A DNA stretch of 40,120 bases from Eledone cirrhosa (taxonomy: Eukaryota): contig CAXHJY010001395.1 in NCBI GenBank assembly GCA_964016885.1, positions 1-40,120 on the forward strand, in the 5' to 3' direction. Below the pieces are notes generated by a model. It was not told the origin of the DNA. It did not search any database and saw nothing but the letters and a program-made list of their open reading frames with translations. Below are positions 25,178-36,466 of this stretch, one piece after another. Made by a program: the position numbers and the translations under genes. How positions within the stretch are numbered: position 1 is the stretch's first letter; each line of letters opens with the position of its first letter.

Positions 25178-25410
25178 TGTAGAGGACTTCCTGTTGTACA
25201 GTTGTTTGGAGAGAACTTCCTGTCTGTAGAGGAATTCCTGTCGTACAGTTGTTTGGAGAGAACTTCCTGTCTGTAGAGGAATTCCTGTCGTACAGTTGTT
25301 TGGAGAGAACCTCCTTTCACTAGAGGACTTCCTGTAGTACAGTTATTTGTAGAGAACCTCCTCTCCCTAGAGGACTTCCTGTAGTACAGTAGTTTGTAGG
25401 GATCTTCCTC
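25178..25410. repeat. 47-bp tandem repeat, ~5 copies
   Basis: tgtagaggaattcctgtcgtacagttgtttggagagaacttcctgtc units. Confidence 0.9.
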
Positions 25411-26071
25411 TATGGATATCAGATCGTAATCTTATCTATGTTCGGATATATCAGTCACAAAGATGGGTATTACTAGACTGTTTCGTACCAATCGGGCATT
25501 CTTGTTGTTGAGCCAGAGATCAGTTGTGAGTCGTTAGTCCTTCAATCAAAGGTTGTTGTTGTCGAGCCATGGATCAGTCCTGACCAGTGAGATCTGACCC
25601 TTTGACCAGTCATTATCCATGTTTCAAACAAGACATCATTGGTTGTCGTTAAATTCGTTCCCAAATTAGCAAGAGCCAGGGAAAATTATGGATGCCACGT
25701 GTGTGCTGTTGCTCGCCTTCACTTGAAGAAAATTACGACTGGGATAACGCACAAATCTAACGTCTGTGGACATTTTAACTTGTGTTTAATGATATCTCTA
25801 GAGGCAGAATCGTTAGAAGGACGGCCATTGTTCTTTATGGCACTTGATTCTGCTTGTTACAAAAAGAAATAACTAAAAATTGATGTGAATGTCCGTATGT
25901 GTGTGTATGTCTGTCTGTCGTCTGTCTCTCTGTCAGTGTATGTTTGTATGTGTCTCTCTGTCTACCTGTCAGTGTCTGTCTGTCTGTCTATCTATCTCTA
26001 TCTATCTCTATCTATCTATCTCTATCTATCTCTATCTATCTATCTATCTATCTCTATCTATCTATCTATCT

Positions 26072-26779
26072 AGACAAGCTCTACAGACATGGGCGCCCGG
26101 GCAGGGACCCTGCAAAAAAGATCTGTCCGAGGTGCGTGCGAGACGAAGAAACCGTCGCGCACGCATTCATACACTGCCCGGGCGTCACTGACCTGTGGGG
26201 ATATGTAGAACGACTATTGTCGCGGGTGGGACCAATCCAGTTGACCACCGAGTCCATTGTCATGATCAAACCGCCACCCTCCTTCAAAAACGAAGGAGAG
26301 GCGGTTTTCCTTTGTGTGATAGCTATGGCGAAAGAGGTTGTATGGTGGACAAGGTTGAAAGGGCTGAGGTCAGACACCTTTCTCTCCGGCCAACAACTGA
26401 TTCTTTTTTTCAAATACCACTTTGGAAGAAGAATCAGGATGGAGAGAGAGGTGCTGTACCCCAGCAAGTTTTATGAAAGGTGGGTGAAAGTGGCGAGAAT
26501 GGCCCGAGTGAATGGGCCTTCTCTCTATATCAGCCTGTAGATTGAGGAAAAGGAGGAGGAGAGGAAAGGAGTACAAGCTCTTCGTACTCCTGGAGATGAG
26601 GGTTGCACATTTTTTTCGGGGGTATGTGTTACCCATATAAACTGTCTCCCTCTATTGGGGAAAATCGACTAACTTTTAAATTCCATCTGTGATAACATTT
26701 TACACGTTTTTATTGTATGTAAACTTCCCCCTTTGTATTTGTCCCCTTCTTTTGTGCCCCTGTGGCTAATAAAGAAATA
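26072..26779 (+). mobile_element. 5'-truncated Tx1/L1-clade LINE (ORF2 C-terminus plus 3' UTR) inserted in (TATC)n
   Basis: Open frame to 26540 with CPRC-x4-ETVAHAFIHC (zf-RVT-type CCHC), W--V and K--VW--R motifs; ends AATAAAGAAA; (TATC)n on both sides. Confidence 0.9.
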
Positions 26780-27279
26780 TATCTATCTATCTCTGTGATT
26801 TTAAGCATGCGGCTTCTAAAATTATATATTAAAAGATCTTCTGCTCTACAAATAATTACGACAAGAATCTGAAGTACCTCCAACATGGCGACTGCTCTAT
26901 GTTGTTATTTTAAGCGTTCTTAACTTTGTTTCATCAATCCCAAAGACAGCAATTATCAGTCATGTGTGCTCATTAACTGACCATTGCCTCGCTTTCGGCC
27001 ACCGAACATCATTGAGAAATGGACCTTTAATGAGGCAACGGAATAATAGATTTTTAACAATTCCTCTCGTTGGCTAAAACCACCAGTTAACGCTGTAATT
27101 TCCTGGAACGGGTAAAAGAGTGTGTATGTATATATATATATGTGTGTGTGTACTCAGATTTGTGTACCAAGAGTGTGTATGCATATGTGTGGGTGTGAGT
27201 ATGTGTGAGTATGTCTGTATGTACACTTTTGGTACAAAAAAATATGAGTTTGTAAATGTATGTGTGGTGTATGTATGTA

Positions 27280-27326
<47 letters not shown>

Positions 27327-27530
27327 ATATTGAGATGTATATATGTAATTGCAATATATTTAGTGAGGGTGACTTTAGGTGACCTTATTCGGTTGTTTTT
27401 TGTTGTTGTTTTTTTACCTTGTAATTAACATCAACATGTAATTGTGACTAATTATCAAATTAAATGAGATTTTAATGACAATGTAGAGTTTTGTCATAGA
27501 AATAACTCTGTCTTCTCTGCTTTTGGCATT

Positions 27531-27830
27531 CTTTCTTACCAGAGTTGACAACTCTTACCAAACCTCTAACCTTGCCACCTTACCTTTCTCTCTTTCTTAC
27601 CAGAGTTGACAACTCTTACCAAACCTCTAACCTTGCCACCTTACCTTTCTCTCTTTCTTACCAGAGTTGACAACTCTTACCAAACCTCTAACCTTGCCAC
27701 CTTACCTTTCTCTCTTTCTTACCAGAGTTGACAACTCTTACCAAACCTCTAACCTTACCACCTTACCTTTCTCTCTTTCTTACCAGAGTTGACAACTCTT
27801 ACCAAACCTCTAACCTTACCACTTTACCTT
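27531..27830. repeat. 61-bp tandem repeat x5
   Basis: ctttcttaccagagttgacaactcttaccaaacctctaaccttgccaccttacctttctct units. Confidence 0.95.
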
Positions 27831-27872
27831 CTCTACAAACCTAAACACTTTCTCCTCTTATATTTGTATTGA

Positions 27873-28107
27873 CAGGGCGTTGGATTGGCAGTATCGGTTG
27901 AGTCGGACACCATGCTTTGCAGCATAGAGTTACAGCCTTTTACGTTCTGAGTTCAAATCCCGCCGAGGTTAACTTTGCCATTCATCCTTACGGGCCGATA
28001 AAATAGAGTATCAGTCACGCACTGGAGTAGATTTAATCGACTTTCCCCTCCCCAACCAGAAAAAAGAAAAAAAAAATTCTGGTCTTGTGCCTATATAAGA
28101 AACCATA
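27873..28107 (+). mobile_element. SINE family A
   Basis: Full head, core and tail similarity to 15243-15460. Confidence 0.85.
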
Positions 28108-28214
28108 TTTTTATTGACAACACGTCAATTAAATTAATCCTTTTCGTTTTGCTCCCTTTTTATTTATCTTTCTCCATAAGAGAACATGAGCTGTCAATAT
28201 TCAGGTTCGTCATT

Positions 28215-28699
28215 GGTTAGTAAGTCTTAAACACTCACGCTCTCCCTGTATTACATGTGGTTAGTAAGTCTTAAACACTCACGCTCTCCATGTATTACAT
28301 GTGGTTAGTAAGTCTTAAACACTCACGCTCTCCATGTATTACATGTGGTTAGTAAGTCTTAAACACTCACGCTCTCCATGTATTACATGTGGTTAGTAAG
28401 TCTTAAACACTCACGCTCTCCATGTATTACATGTGGTTAGTAAGTCTTAAACACTCACGCTCTCCATGTATTACATGTGGTTAGTAAGTCTTAAACACTC
28501 ACGCTCTCCATGTATTACATGTGGTTAGTAAGTCTTAAACACTCACGCTCTCCCTGTATTACATGTGGTTAGTAAGTCTTAAACACTCACGCTCTCCCTG
28601 TATTACATGTGGTTAGTAAGTCTTAAACACTCACGCTCTCCCTGTATTACATGTGGTTAGTAAGTCTTAAACACTCACGCTCTCCATGTATTACATGTG
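28215..28699. repeat. 44-bp tandem repeat x11
   Basis: tggttagtaagtcttaaacactcacgctctccMtgtattacatg; nearly invariant. Confidence 0.97.
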
Positions 28700-28742
28700 C
28701 TTTTAAAAAGTACCAAACACTTTAACAAAAAATGTGTGAACG

Positions 28743-28912
28743 AATTGGCTGAGTCGTTAGAAAGTCAGATAGAATGTTTTGGTGGTGTTCGTTCCGGTGG
28801 CTTTCTCTCTCTCTTTCTCTCTCTGAGTTAAAATCCCGCCGAAGTCAACTTTGCTGTTCAGCCTTTCGAGGTCAATAAAAAAAAAAGTACCAGTCTAGTA
28901 CTGGGGTCGATT
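28743..28912 (+). mobile_element. SINE family A
   Basis: ttggctgagtcgttag head; aaatcccgccgaagtcaactttgc; gtaccagtctagtactggggtcgat. Confidence 0.75.
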
Positions 28913-29710
28913 CTTCCTCTATATCTTTCTCTCTCTGCCTCTCTGTGCTTCTCCCCCCTCTCACCCTCTCTATGTCTGCCCCTATCTCTCTCTCCCCCTC
29001 TCTCCCTCTCTCTCTCTCCCTCTCTCTCTGTCTGCCCCTATCTCCGTCTCCCTACCCTCTCTCCCTCTCTTCATTAATCCCTACAATTAATTTCTTTCTA
29101 CGACTACTTTGGGATTTCTTCACGTCCGTTCATTCTTTAATATTATGGCTTTTCTTTTTCCTTCTTTCCCTCTAGCTGCCCCCCCCCCTCTCTCTCCTTC
29201 TTCCCATCTCTCTCCCCTCTCTCTCTCTCCCTTCCCTCTCCCCTCTCTCTCCCTTCTTCCCATCTCTCTCACCTCCTTACTACTACATCATCACTATTGT
29301 GGTTCATTTATTTCGTGTCAATATTTTGTAAGTTTGATGTGACTGTGTGTGTGTGTTTATATATGAAAAGTAGACATGTTTTGAAAGCCGCTTCCATGCT
29401 TGTAGTGATTGTTGTAAATATTGCTGTGAGGAATGAGAGAAGTGAGATTGAGTGCAAAGAAGGGGGTGACGGGAGGAGAAGAGGAAGGAAAACAAGAAGC
29501 AGATTAGTTTCCCTGTTAATATTTATTTGTTCCAATATATTTCGGATGTATTATCCATTATTAAGTATCAATGGATCCGTTTGGAATCTCTGAGGGTATA
29601 GAAGTGGATCTTTCTAGGCCTCTGCGTGGCCCGTGTTGGAGTTGAGTTTTTTTGCGGGGGGTTTTATTGTTCACAAACATTTATTTTACAATAGTTTATA
29701 ACTGTGCCTA

Positions 29711-30010
29711 TTAATCCGTATGGTAAGCAAATGGGGTCCCACGTGCTGGCCTCCCCACAGCCCCGGCGGACAGGATGGAGAAGGCGTTTCCCCAGAGGAT
29801 GTTAAGAGAGATGCGCTGGAAGAGCCATTCTAACTCGCGAGGCTCACACCTGCGGTTGGCTAGCTCAGCGCCTATGGTGGTGAATAGGGAGGTAACCCTA
29901 GAGCCAAGGACACCAGAAGTCTCCACTGCCAAGGACACGACCACGAACCTGTCGGAGAGCGACCGGTACTTGGAGAGTTTGGCCTCCTCAGCCCGACGTG
30001 CATACAGATG
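29711..30010 (-). mobile_element. CRE-like non-LTR retrotransposon, restriction-like endonuclease C-terminus
   Basis: Peptide AEEAKLSKY...AVETSGVLG...IG..L...WLFQRISLNILWGNAFSIL matches K--KY, ET-G--G and QR-S-----GNA motifs of CRE-clade RLE elements. Confidence 0.8.
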
Positions 30011-30611
30011 ATCAAAATCTAAGGGAAATTCAGGACTTTGTTTATCCCCCACCGACGAGCTGCACTCTGTTAAAACAAGACAACAACAACAACAACAACG
30101 CACACACGATTTGTTTTGTCGTATTTCTAACGCATCAAATTCAAAATATTATTTCTCCATTTTAGCTTAGAACGAATGATAAACATTTACTTTTGCGTCT
30201 ATATCGTCTGTTGTGCTTTATTTTCGCTGGTTCTTTTTCTTCTAATATTTACTCTTTCACATGAGAGCGTCTGATATAGTATAAAGCGGCATTGGGTCAT
30301 GTTTGGCTAAAATAAATTCCGTAATGTTATGCTTTGGTTGAAAACGAAAACAGTTTTTTTTTTATATTTAAAAACGGAAAAGTAAAGTAAAGTCAAGGGC
30401 TCAAACAGGATTTTGGGGGGCTTAGGGGTTTAGTATCCTGTCCTCCGTCACCTTCGTAACATGTAAAGAAATTCTTATTATTTTTAAAATGACTAAGTTC
30501 CCTTGGCCCCATCCGGTCCCTTCGCTTCATTCTGTGTTCCTGAGGTATGTACAACATTGATCTGTGTGTATGTTACAATTGTTTTGGTTGGTTGTGGAAC
30601 TGGTTTCATTA

Positions 30612-30805
30612 TTGGATTAGCAGAGTCGGTAGATTATCGGACAATATAGCCCTTTACGTTCTGAGTTCAAATATTGCCGAGGTTAGCTTTACCTTTCATC
30701 CTTACGGGGGAAGTCGATAAAATAAAGTACCAGTAATGCACTGGGGTCGATTTAATCGACTTTCTCTTCACCTAAAATTGTTGTCCTTGTGCCTAACGTA
30801 GAAAC
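30612..30805 (+). mobile_element. SINE family A
   Basis: Same head, core and tail as the other copies. Confidence 0.8.
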
Positions 30806-31561
30806 AATTATTATTATTATAGTTAACTATCTTTTTATGTTTAATTATTTCTTATTTCCTTTGATTTACTTTCGAGATTTTAATCTCAAACCTCTTTGTT
30901 CAATCCAATATGGCGTTTCTAGATGTTTGCTACAGTTTCTCTGTGAATACAATGTCTACTTTATTCCCTTGCTTAAGGGAATTTTCAACATCAACATACA
31001 AATGTTTCATTGTTGTCACGGAAACAGAATTCTTAGCGAAATTAATTCATTTTATTTTATTTTATCTATTTTTTTGCCGTTTATTTCTATTATTTTTGTT
31101 GTTGTTAGTTGTATTTTTAGCTTTTTTTTATATTTTGACTTTTTTTTGTCTTCTAATCTTTGTTTTAGCTGGGGCATATTTACGGTGGAAAATTAACGGA
31201 ATACCAAGGCATTGCTTTTGTGCTTTTGTTTATATAGATAGGTTGGTAAATTAATACAGATAGAGAGGTTGATAGACAGAATGGCAGTTTGTTAAATAGA
31301 TAACGAGAGAGCTCTAGATGGATGGATGGATGGATGGAAATGAAAAAATATAAACAATCAAAAACGTCCTTAGTAGACACGCACATAATTACATTGATGT
31401 TTCCTAATTCTATGATTGCGTGTGTGTGTGTTTGTGAGTGTGTGTTTGTGCGTGCGCTTCTTACTTTTTTAATTATTTGAATGCTTCCTGTCAGGAAGGA
31501 GTTGGTTGGTATCTAGCGAAGGAACAAAGCTATATTGTTAGAATTTGGATAATAAAAATGC

Positions 31562-31578
31562 TGAGTGTTAATGTTGAA

Positions 31579-31624
<46 letters not shown>

Positions 31625-31731
31625 TTCAACATTGACACTCACCAAAAGAAGACAAAGACTTAATCAAGTCTTTGGTTTTCTTATATATATAAGAAAACCA
31701 AAGACTGTTGATTAAGTCTTTGTCTTCTTTT
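31562..31731. repeat. Two adjacent palindromes centred on (TA)n
   Basis: 31562-31582 vs 31621-31641 (one mismatch), and 31644-31731 (one 2-bp indel, centre ttatatatataa). Confidence 0.88.
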
Positions 31732-31905
31732 CAATATTATATTTGCTCTCTGGGTGTATTTAAACTTCTGAAATCAGGAGTTGATACAAGTAGAATTGTG
31801 TGTAGCCTTCTGAGTAGTTTACTGTAATAAATCTCAGATTTTGAGCTGTAATAACTTCGTCACCTATTCGAAAACATTTTATCTAAATAAATATATATGA
31901 AAAGA

Positions 31906-31960
31906 TTCAGGACCCCGACGGCTGAGCTCCGGCCGTTTCAATAGCTAGATCCAAACTGAA
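31906..31960 (-). mobile_element. Half-hammerhead family fragment
   Basis: Minus strand tagctattGAAACGGCcggagctcaGCCGTCggggtcctga, abutting (TA)n. Confidence 0.7.
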
Positions 31961-32173
31961 GCGCCAGTATTCGAACACTTTCACATTGCAAGACACTTTA
32001 TTTCACGTTGCAAGACTTTATTTCACATTGCTCTTTCTGTCAGGAGTTACGACCAGTAGATAGTATCTGCATTGGAAAGGCCAATGGGAACATTGATTCC
32101 TTGGTCTGATCTGATGATCAGCTCCTTTCTTCTGCCAGGAGTTGCTACGGTATATAGTATCAACAATGGAAAG

Positions 32174-32772
32174 ATCATCGTCATCATTTTACGTCCGCTT
32201 TTCCCTGCTTGCAAGGGTGGGACGGGTCCTATTCAGCACAGCATCTCTCCACTTGTCACGGTCCTTCGTCATCTCCTCTAGATCGCTTCAGCGATCTGAG
32301 GTCTGCTCTCACCACCTCCGCCCATGATTTTCGTGGTCTTCCTCTACTGCGTCTTCCTTCTACTGGGATTTCTTGGCACTTCTTTACCCAGCGGTCATCC
32401 TCCATGCGCATCACATGTCCATACCATCTCAGTCTTCTCTCCCGCACACTACAACTTATCCCTCTTATACACAGTTTCTCTCTCAACTCATCACATGTCC
32501 ATACCATCTGTCTTCTCTCCCGCACACAAGTTATCCCTCTTATACATAGTTTCTCTCTCAACTCATCTATGCTTGGTCATTGTACATTGGCATTGCACAT
32601 TCACGTACATTGACATTGCACATCCAACGGAGCATGCTTGCTTCATTTCTCTCCAGCCGTCGCATATCCTCTGCAGTTGCTGCCCATGTCTCACTACCAT
32701 GCAGCATCGCGCATCTCACACAGGGATCATATAACCGGCCTTTCGTACGCAGGAAAACAAAAGTTTCCTTGG
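32174..32772 (-). mobile_element. RTE/RTE-X-clade LINE 3' fragment with ~80-bp internal duplication and (GAT)n tail
   Basis: Peptides KGRLY..CVR.AMLHGSETW...MLRWMCNV and RRLRWYGHVMRM...EGRRSRGRPRKSW; ends atgatgacgatgat. Confidence 0.88.
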
Positions 32773-32917
32773 TCCGATTTGATGAGGTCCACCCCACTCG
32801 GTAAGCGAATGAAGTTTGGGATTTTGTCGATCTATCAGAGCGAGGAATAAAAGGTAAAGTTGACCTCGGCAGGAATAGAACACAGAACACAACCGAAGTA
32901 ATTATATACATATATAT

Positions 32918-33092
32918 AATGACAAGTCAGTCAACCATATTGGTGGCCCCCCCACAGCCCTGGCGGACAGAATGGAGGAGAAGGCGTTTCCCCGGAGGAC
33001 GGCAAGGGAGACGCGCTGGAAAAGCCATTCCAACTTGCGGGGCTCCCACCTGCGGCTGGCCAGCTCAGCGCCTATGGTGGGGAGTAGGGAAG
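32918..33092 (-). mobile_element. CRE-like RLE fragment with probable 12-bp TSD, nested in a minus-strand SINE A
   Basis: Homologous to 29750-29890. ccgaagtaatta (32893-32904) and ccggagtaatta (33093-33104) flank it; short (TA)n tail. Confidence 0.75.
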
Positions 33093-33568
33093 CCGGAGTA
33101 ATTACCGCCAGTTATTTGCCCAATGATCTATTCTGGCAGTTGACCTCCAGTTGACCTCCTTCTTTAGCAGCAAACACTTCATAAATCAATATTATCGTTT
33201 TAAAGACATTTCTATAGTTTATAACTCGCATCAATTATTTCAGCTTTAAGATTGGTCACTCTCTTTCCTCCCTCCCCCCTCTCTTCTCCCACTCTCCCCT
33301 CTCTCTCTCTCCTCCTTCGTCCCCCTTTCTGTCTCTCTCTCTTACCGCCCCCCCTTCTCCCCCTTTCTCTTCTCGCCCCTCCTCTTTTTCTGTCTGTGTG
33401 TGTGTGTGTATGCTTGTATGTGTGCTCGTGTGTTAATGTGTGTGCGTGTCTGAGTGTGCATGCCTGTATGTGAAAGAACTGTGCGTGTGTTTCAGTGTAG
33501 GAATGTGTATGTATGTGTGTGTGTAGAGAGAGAGAGAGATTTTATATACATTTAACGAGCCATTAATG

Positions 33569-34183
33569 AAGTAATAAAAAATTTTTATGCCTCCCTTTAA
33601 AAACTATACATTTTTTTTTTTTACATTTTTATTGGTCATATAAACATAATTGGTTGAGATGGTTGACGCCTCTCAGTTGCAAGTATCTTCCTAAACTGGC
33701 TTTCAGAGAAAAGAAAATTCTATTTTTAACTCACGATTTGTAAATAACGAACAAAAAAAAAAAACGATTCTCTCTGGAATCGGTAAAAACTTCGCCAGGT
33801 TTTAACCCTTTAGCATTTACATTACTCTATAAATATACTATTGTATTTTTGCCCGGTAAGGGCTTCATCTCTCATAATATCGAATCTGAGATTTCGATGT
33901 TATTTATTTTGAGAACAATACCTAAACATCAGTATGAGTGGCCAGTTACAGTCGGTTTGAACAGCAAGAGGTGAGAAAATTCTGGCCAGATATGGCCGGT
34001 TTAAATGCTAAAGGGTTAAATTGCCGGATCTACGCCGTGTGTCATGACGGCGTCCCTACGATTCTATCAGAAGTTAAGAACTGTTTACCTTAGCCTACCT
34101 TTTACCCAGGGGCTTCGTTTGCCTTAAAAATGAGAGGAAGGCAAACCAGCACTTGTTGGTTTTTAAAGGAGCATAAATTACTT
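33569..34183. mobile_element. Candidate ~600-bp MITE defined by imperfect TIRs
   Basis: tttatgcctccctttaaaaac (33584-33604) vs gtttttaaaggagcataaa (34159-34177), extended by aagtaat/attactt. Confidence 0.5.
33806..34015. mobile_element. piggyBac-type MITE, 210 bp
   Basis: Perfect 14-bp TIRs CCCTTTAGCATTTA/TAAATGCTAAAGGG with TTAA on both sides (33802-33805, 34016-34019). Confidence 0.88.
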
Positions 34184-34698
34184 AAGGTGCCTTTCCCGGA
34201 CCCTATCACATAAGTAAAATGTTACGTTAATTAAATTTGATATATTCAAATGAAGTTCAGATATAAAAATAATAAGCTTAAAAAGAATTTATTATATCAA
34301 ATATACAAAAAATAAAATATAGAGGTTTGAAAAAGTGTGTGTGGGGGGGGGGGGGCTTGTGTGTGTGTGTGTGTGTGTGTGTGTGCCCCCCCCGAAACAA
34401 TGTCCTTGCTTTTACCGTTTCACCTCTAACCATATTAAAGAATGAAAGGTATTTTTAAATGATGACGTTTGTGTTTTGACTTCAATACATAACAGAAGTG
34501 TGAAATATATTATTGTACTCATGCTCCATCCTCAAGTTTCACACTATGAAAGGGGGACATGCTACAGCACCGCATGTATGTATGTTTGGATGTGTGTATA
34601 CACACGCATGCACATATATACATACATACATTCCAAAAATTCTGCATGTACACATGTACAGATACAAAACATATTCACATGCACACACGTAACTGGAA

Positions 34699-35095
34699 AC
34701 ATCCACACATACATCCACACATACATCCACACATACATCCATACACACATACATACACACATACACACACACACATACATCCATACACACATACACACAC
34801 ACACATACACACACACATACATACACACACACATACATACATACACACATACATACACACATACATCCACACATACATACATACATACATACATACATAC
34901 ATCCACACATACATCCACACATACATACATCCATACATACATACATACATACATCCACACATACATACATCCACACATCCACACATACATACATACATCC
35001 ACACACACATACATACATCCACACACACATACATACATACACACACACATACATCCACACATACACACATACATACATACATACATACATACATA
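34699..35095. repeat. (CATA)n/(CA)n microsatellite
   Basis: Direct inspection. Confidence 0.95.
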
Positions 35096-36137
35096 GTTGA
35101 TGTCTAAATTCCAATGAGAGATTCTTGTCTGTTAGAAACCGACTCTCTCTCTCTCTATTAGTAAAAATTTAAAAAATCAGAACACACACCCACCCACCCA
35201 CCTACCCACCCACCCACCTACTCACCCATCCACCCACCTACCCACCTACTTCATAGACTACAAATGGTCGCGATATCTGGCACCTTCAAAATTTGTAAAA
35301 TATTCTTGCGATTCAAGGGATGACAATTTCTTTTTTTTTTTTTTTTTTTTAATATAATCTTGCCACCGGGAAGGTGGCCGGTCAAAAATGTACTCGGAAT
35401 TAAAAGAAAGAGAATAACATAGATAACATGGGGGAGGGGGGATTTTAGTTCACCTGCTCGTTCTTCCTCTTATTACATCTCCTCTTCTCCTATAACTACA
35501 AACTTTTCTCTCTCACTTTCTACCTTTTCCTATAAATCTATATTATTTGAAATAACATGGCTTTTTGTTGTTCAGAAATATAACACAAACACTGCAAGTG
35601 TGAGGCGTCAACGGTCTCAACGAACCAATATTTTCCAGTTTAGTTAAACTAGGTATATGTACTGTACCTATAAATAATCAATCAATCAGCGTTATTCCGT
35701 ACATATTTCTTCCATTGCCACAGCAAGGCTCATCCGGTTTCCTACAATCGATTCCTCCTAATTTATTGACTGACCAATTATTCCAAGACCTTCTAGCTAT
35801 GTTCTGCCATTAAACACTTCACTGAAGACAATGTTGTTATAGAGGAAGTGAGCTTAGAGTATATTACCGTCGGCTATTTTATTGACTGGGGGGGGGGGGA
35901 TACTAAGTCGACCCCACACACATTTGAATCTTGAAGGCCATTATTATATTGATTTCTCTCATTCGATGTAGGACTAATATTGATTTCTATCATTCGATAT
36001 AAGACCACAGATTTTCTGGGATGTCAACAGTTGAATAAATTCCTGCTGGTTCTAGAATAGTGCTTTATTTTAACGACCTCCAATAGACGAAAAATCCACC
36101 CTGGTTCTAGAAAAATGGTGGTAGTAATAATAATAAT

Positions 36138-36320
36138 TGTTTCTACTTTGGGCACAAGGCCAGCAATTATCCCAGTGCATTACTGGTACTTTATTTTATC
36201 GACCCCGTAAGGATGAAAGGCAAAGTTAACCTCTGCGGAATTTGAACTCAGACCGTAAAGGGCCGTAACTCTACTACACTGCATAGCATGGCGTCCGACT
36301 CTCTACCGATACTGCCAATT
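36138..36320 (-). mobile_element. SINE family A
   Basis: Reverse complement of the family A sequence, with an internal deletion near the tail. Confidence 0.85.
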
Positions 36321-36348
36321 ATTATTATTACCACCACCGCCCTGGTGG

Positions 36349-36383
<35 letters not shown>

Positions 36384-36419
36384 TTCTATATGGTTTTCAA
36401 TAATTTGTTGCTTGCAATT

Positions 36420-36465
36420 GTTTGTTTTTCGTTTAATTAATTTGAACTTATCATTTTCATTTCAG
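36420..36465 (+). promoter_or_regulatory. 3' splice acceptor preceding the start codon
   Basis: T-rich tract ending cttatcattttcatttcag|tATG. Confidence 0.75.
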
Positions 36466-36466
36466 T

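Noticed and set aside
25899-26071. N-terminal part of the 213-aa ORF
   Set aside because: Microsatellite read-through upstream of the truncated Tx1 ORF2; not a host gene.
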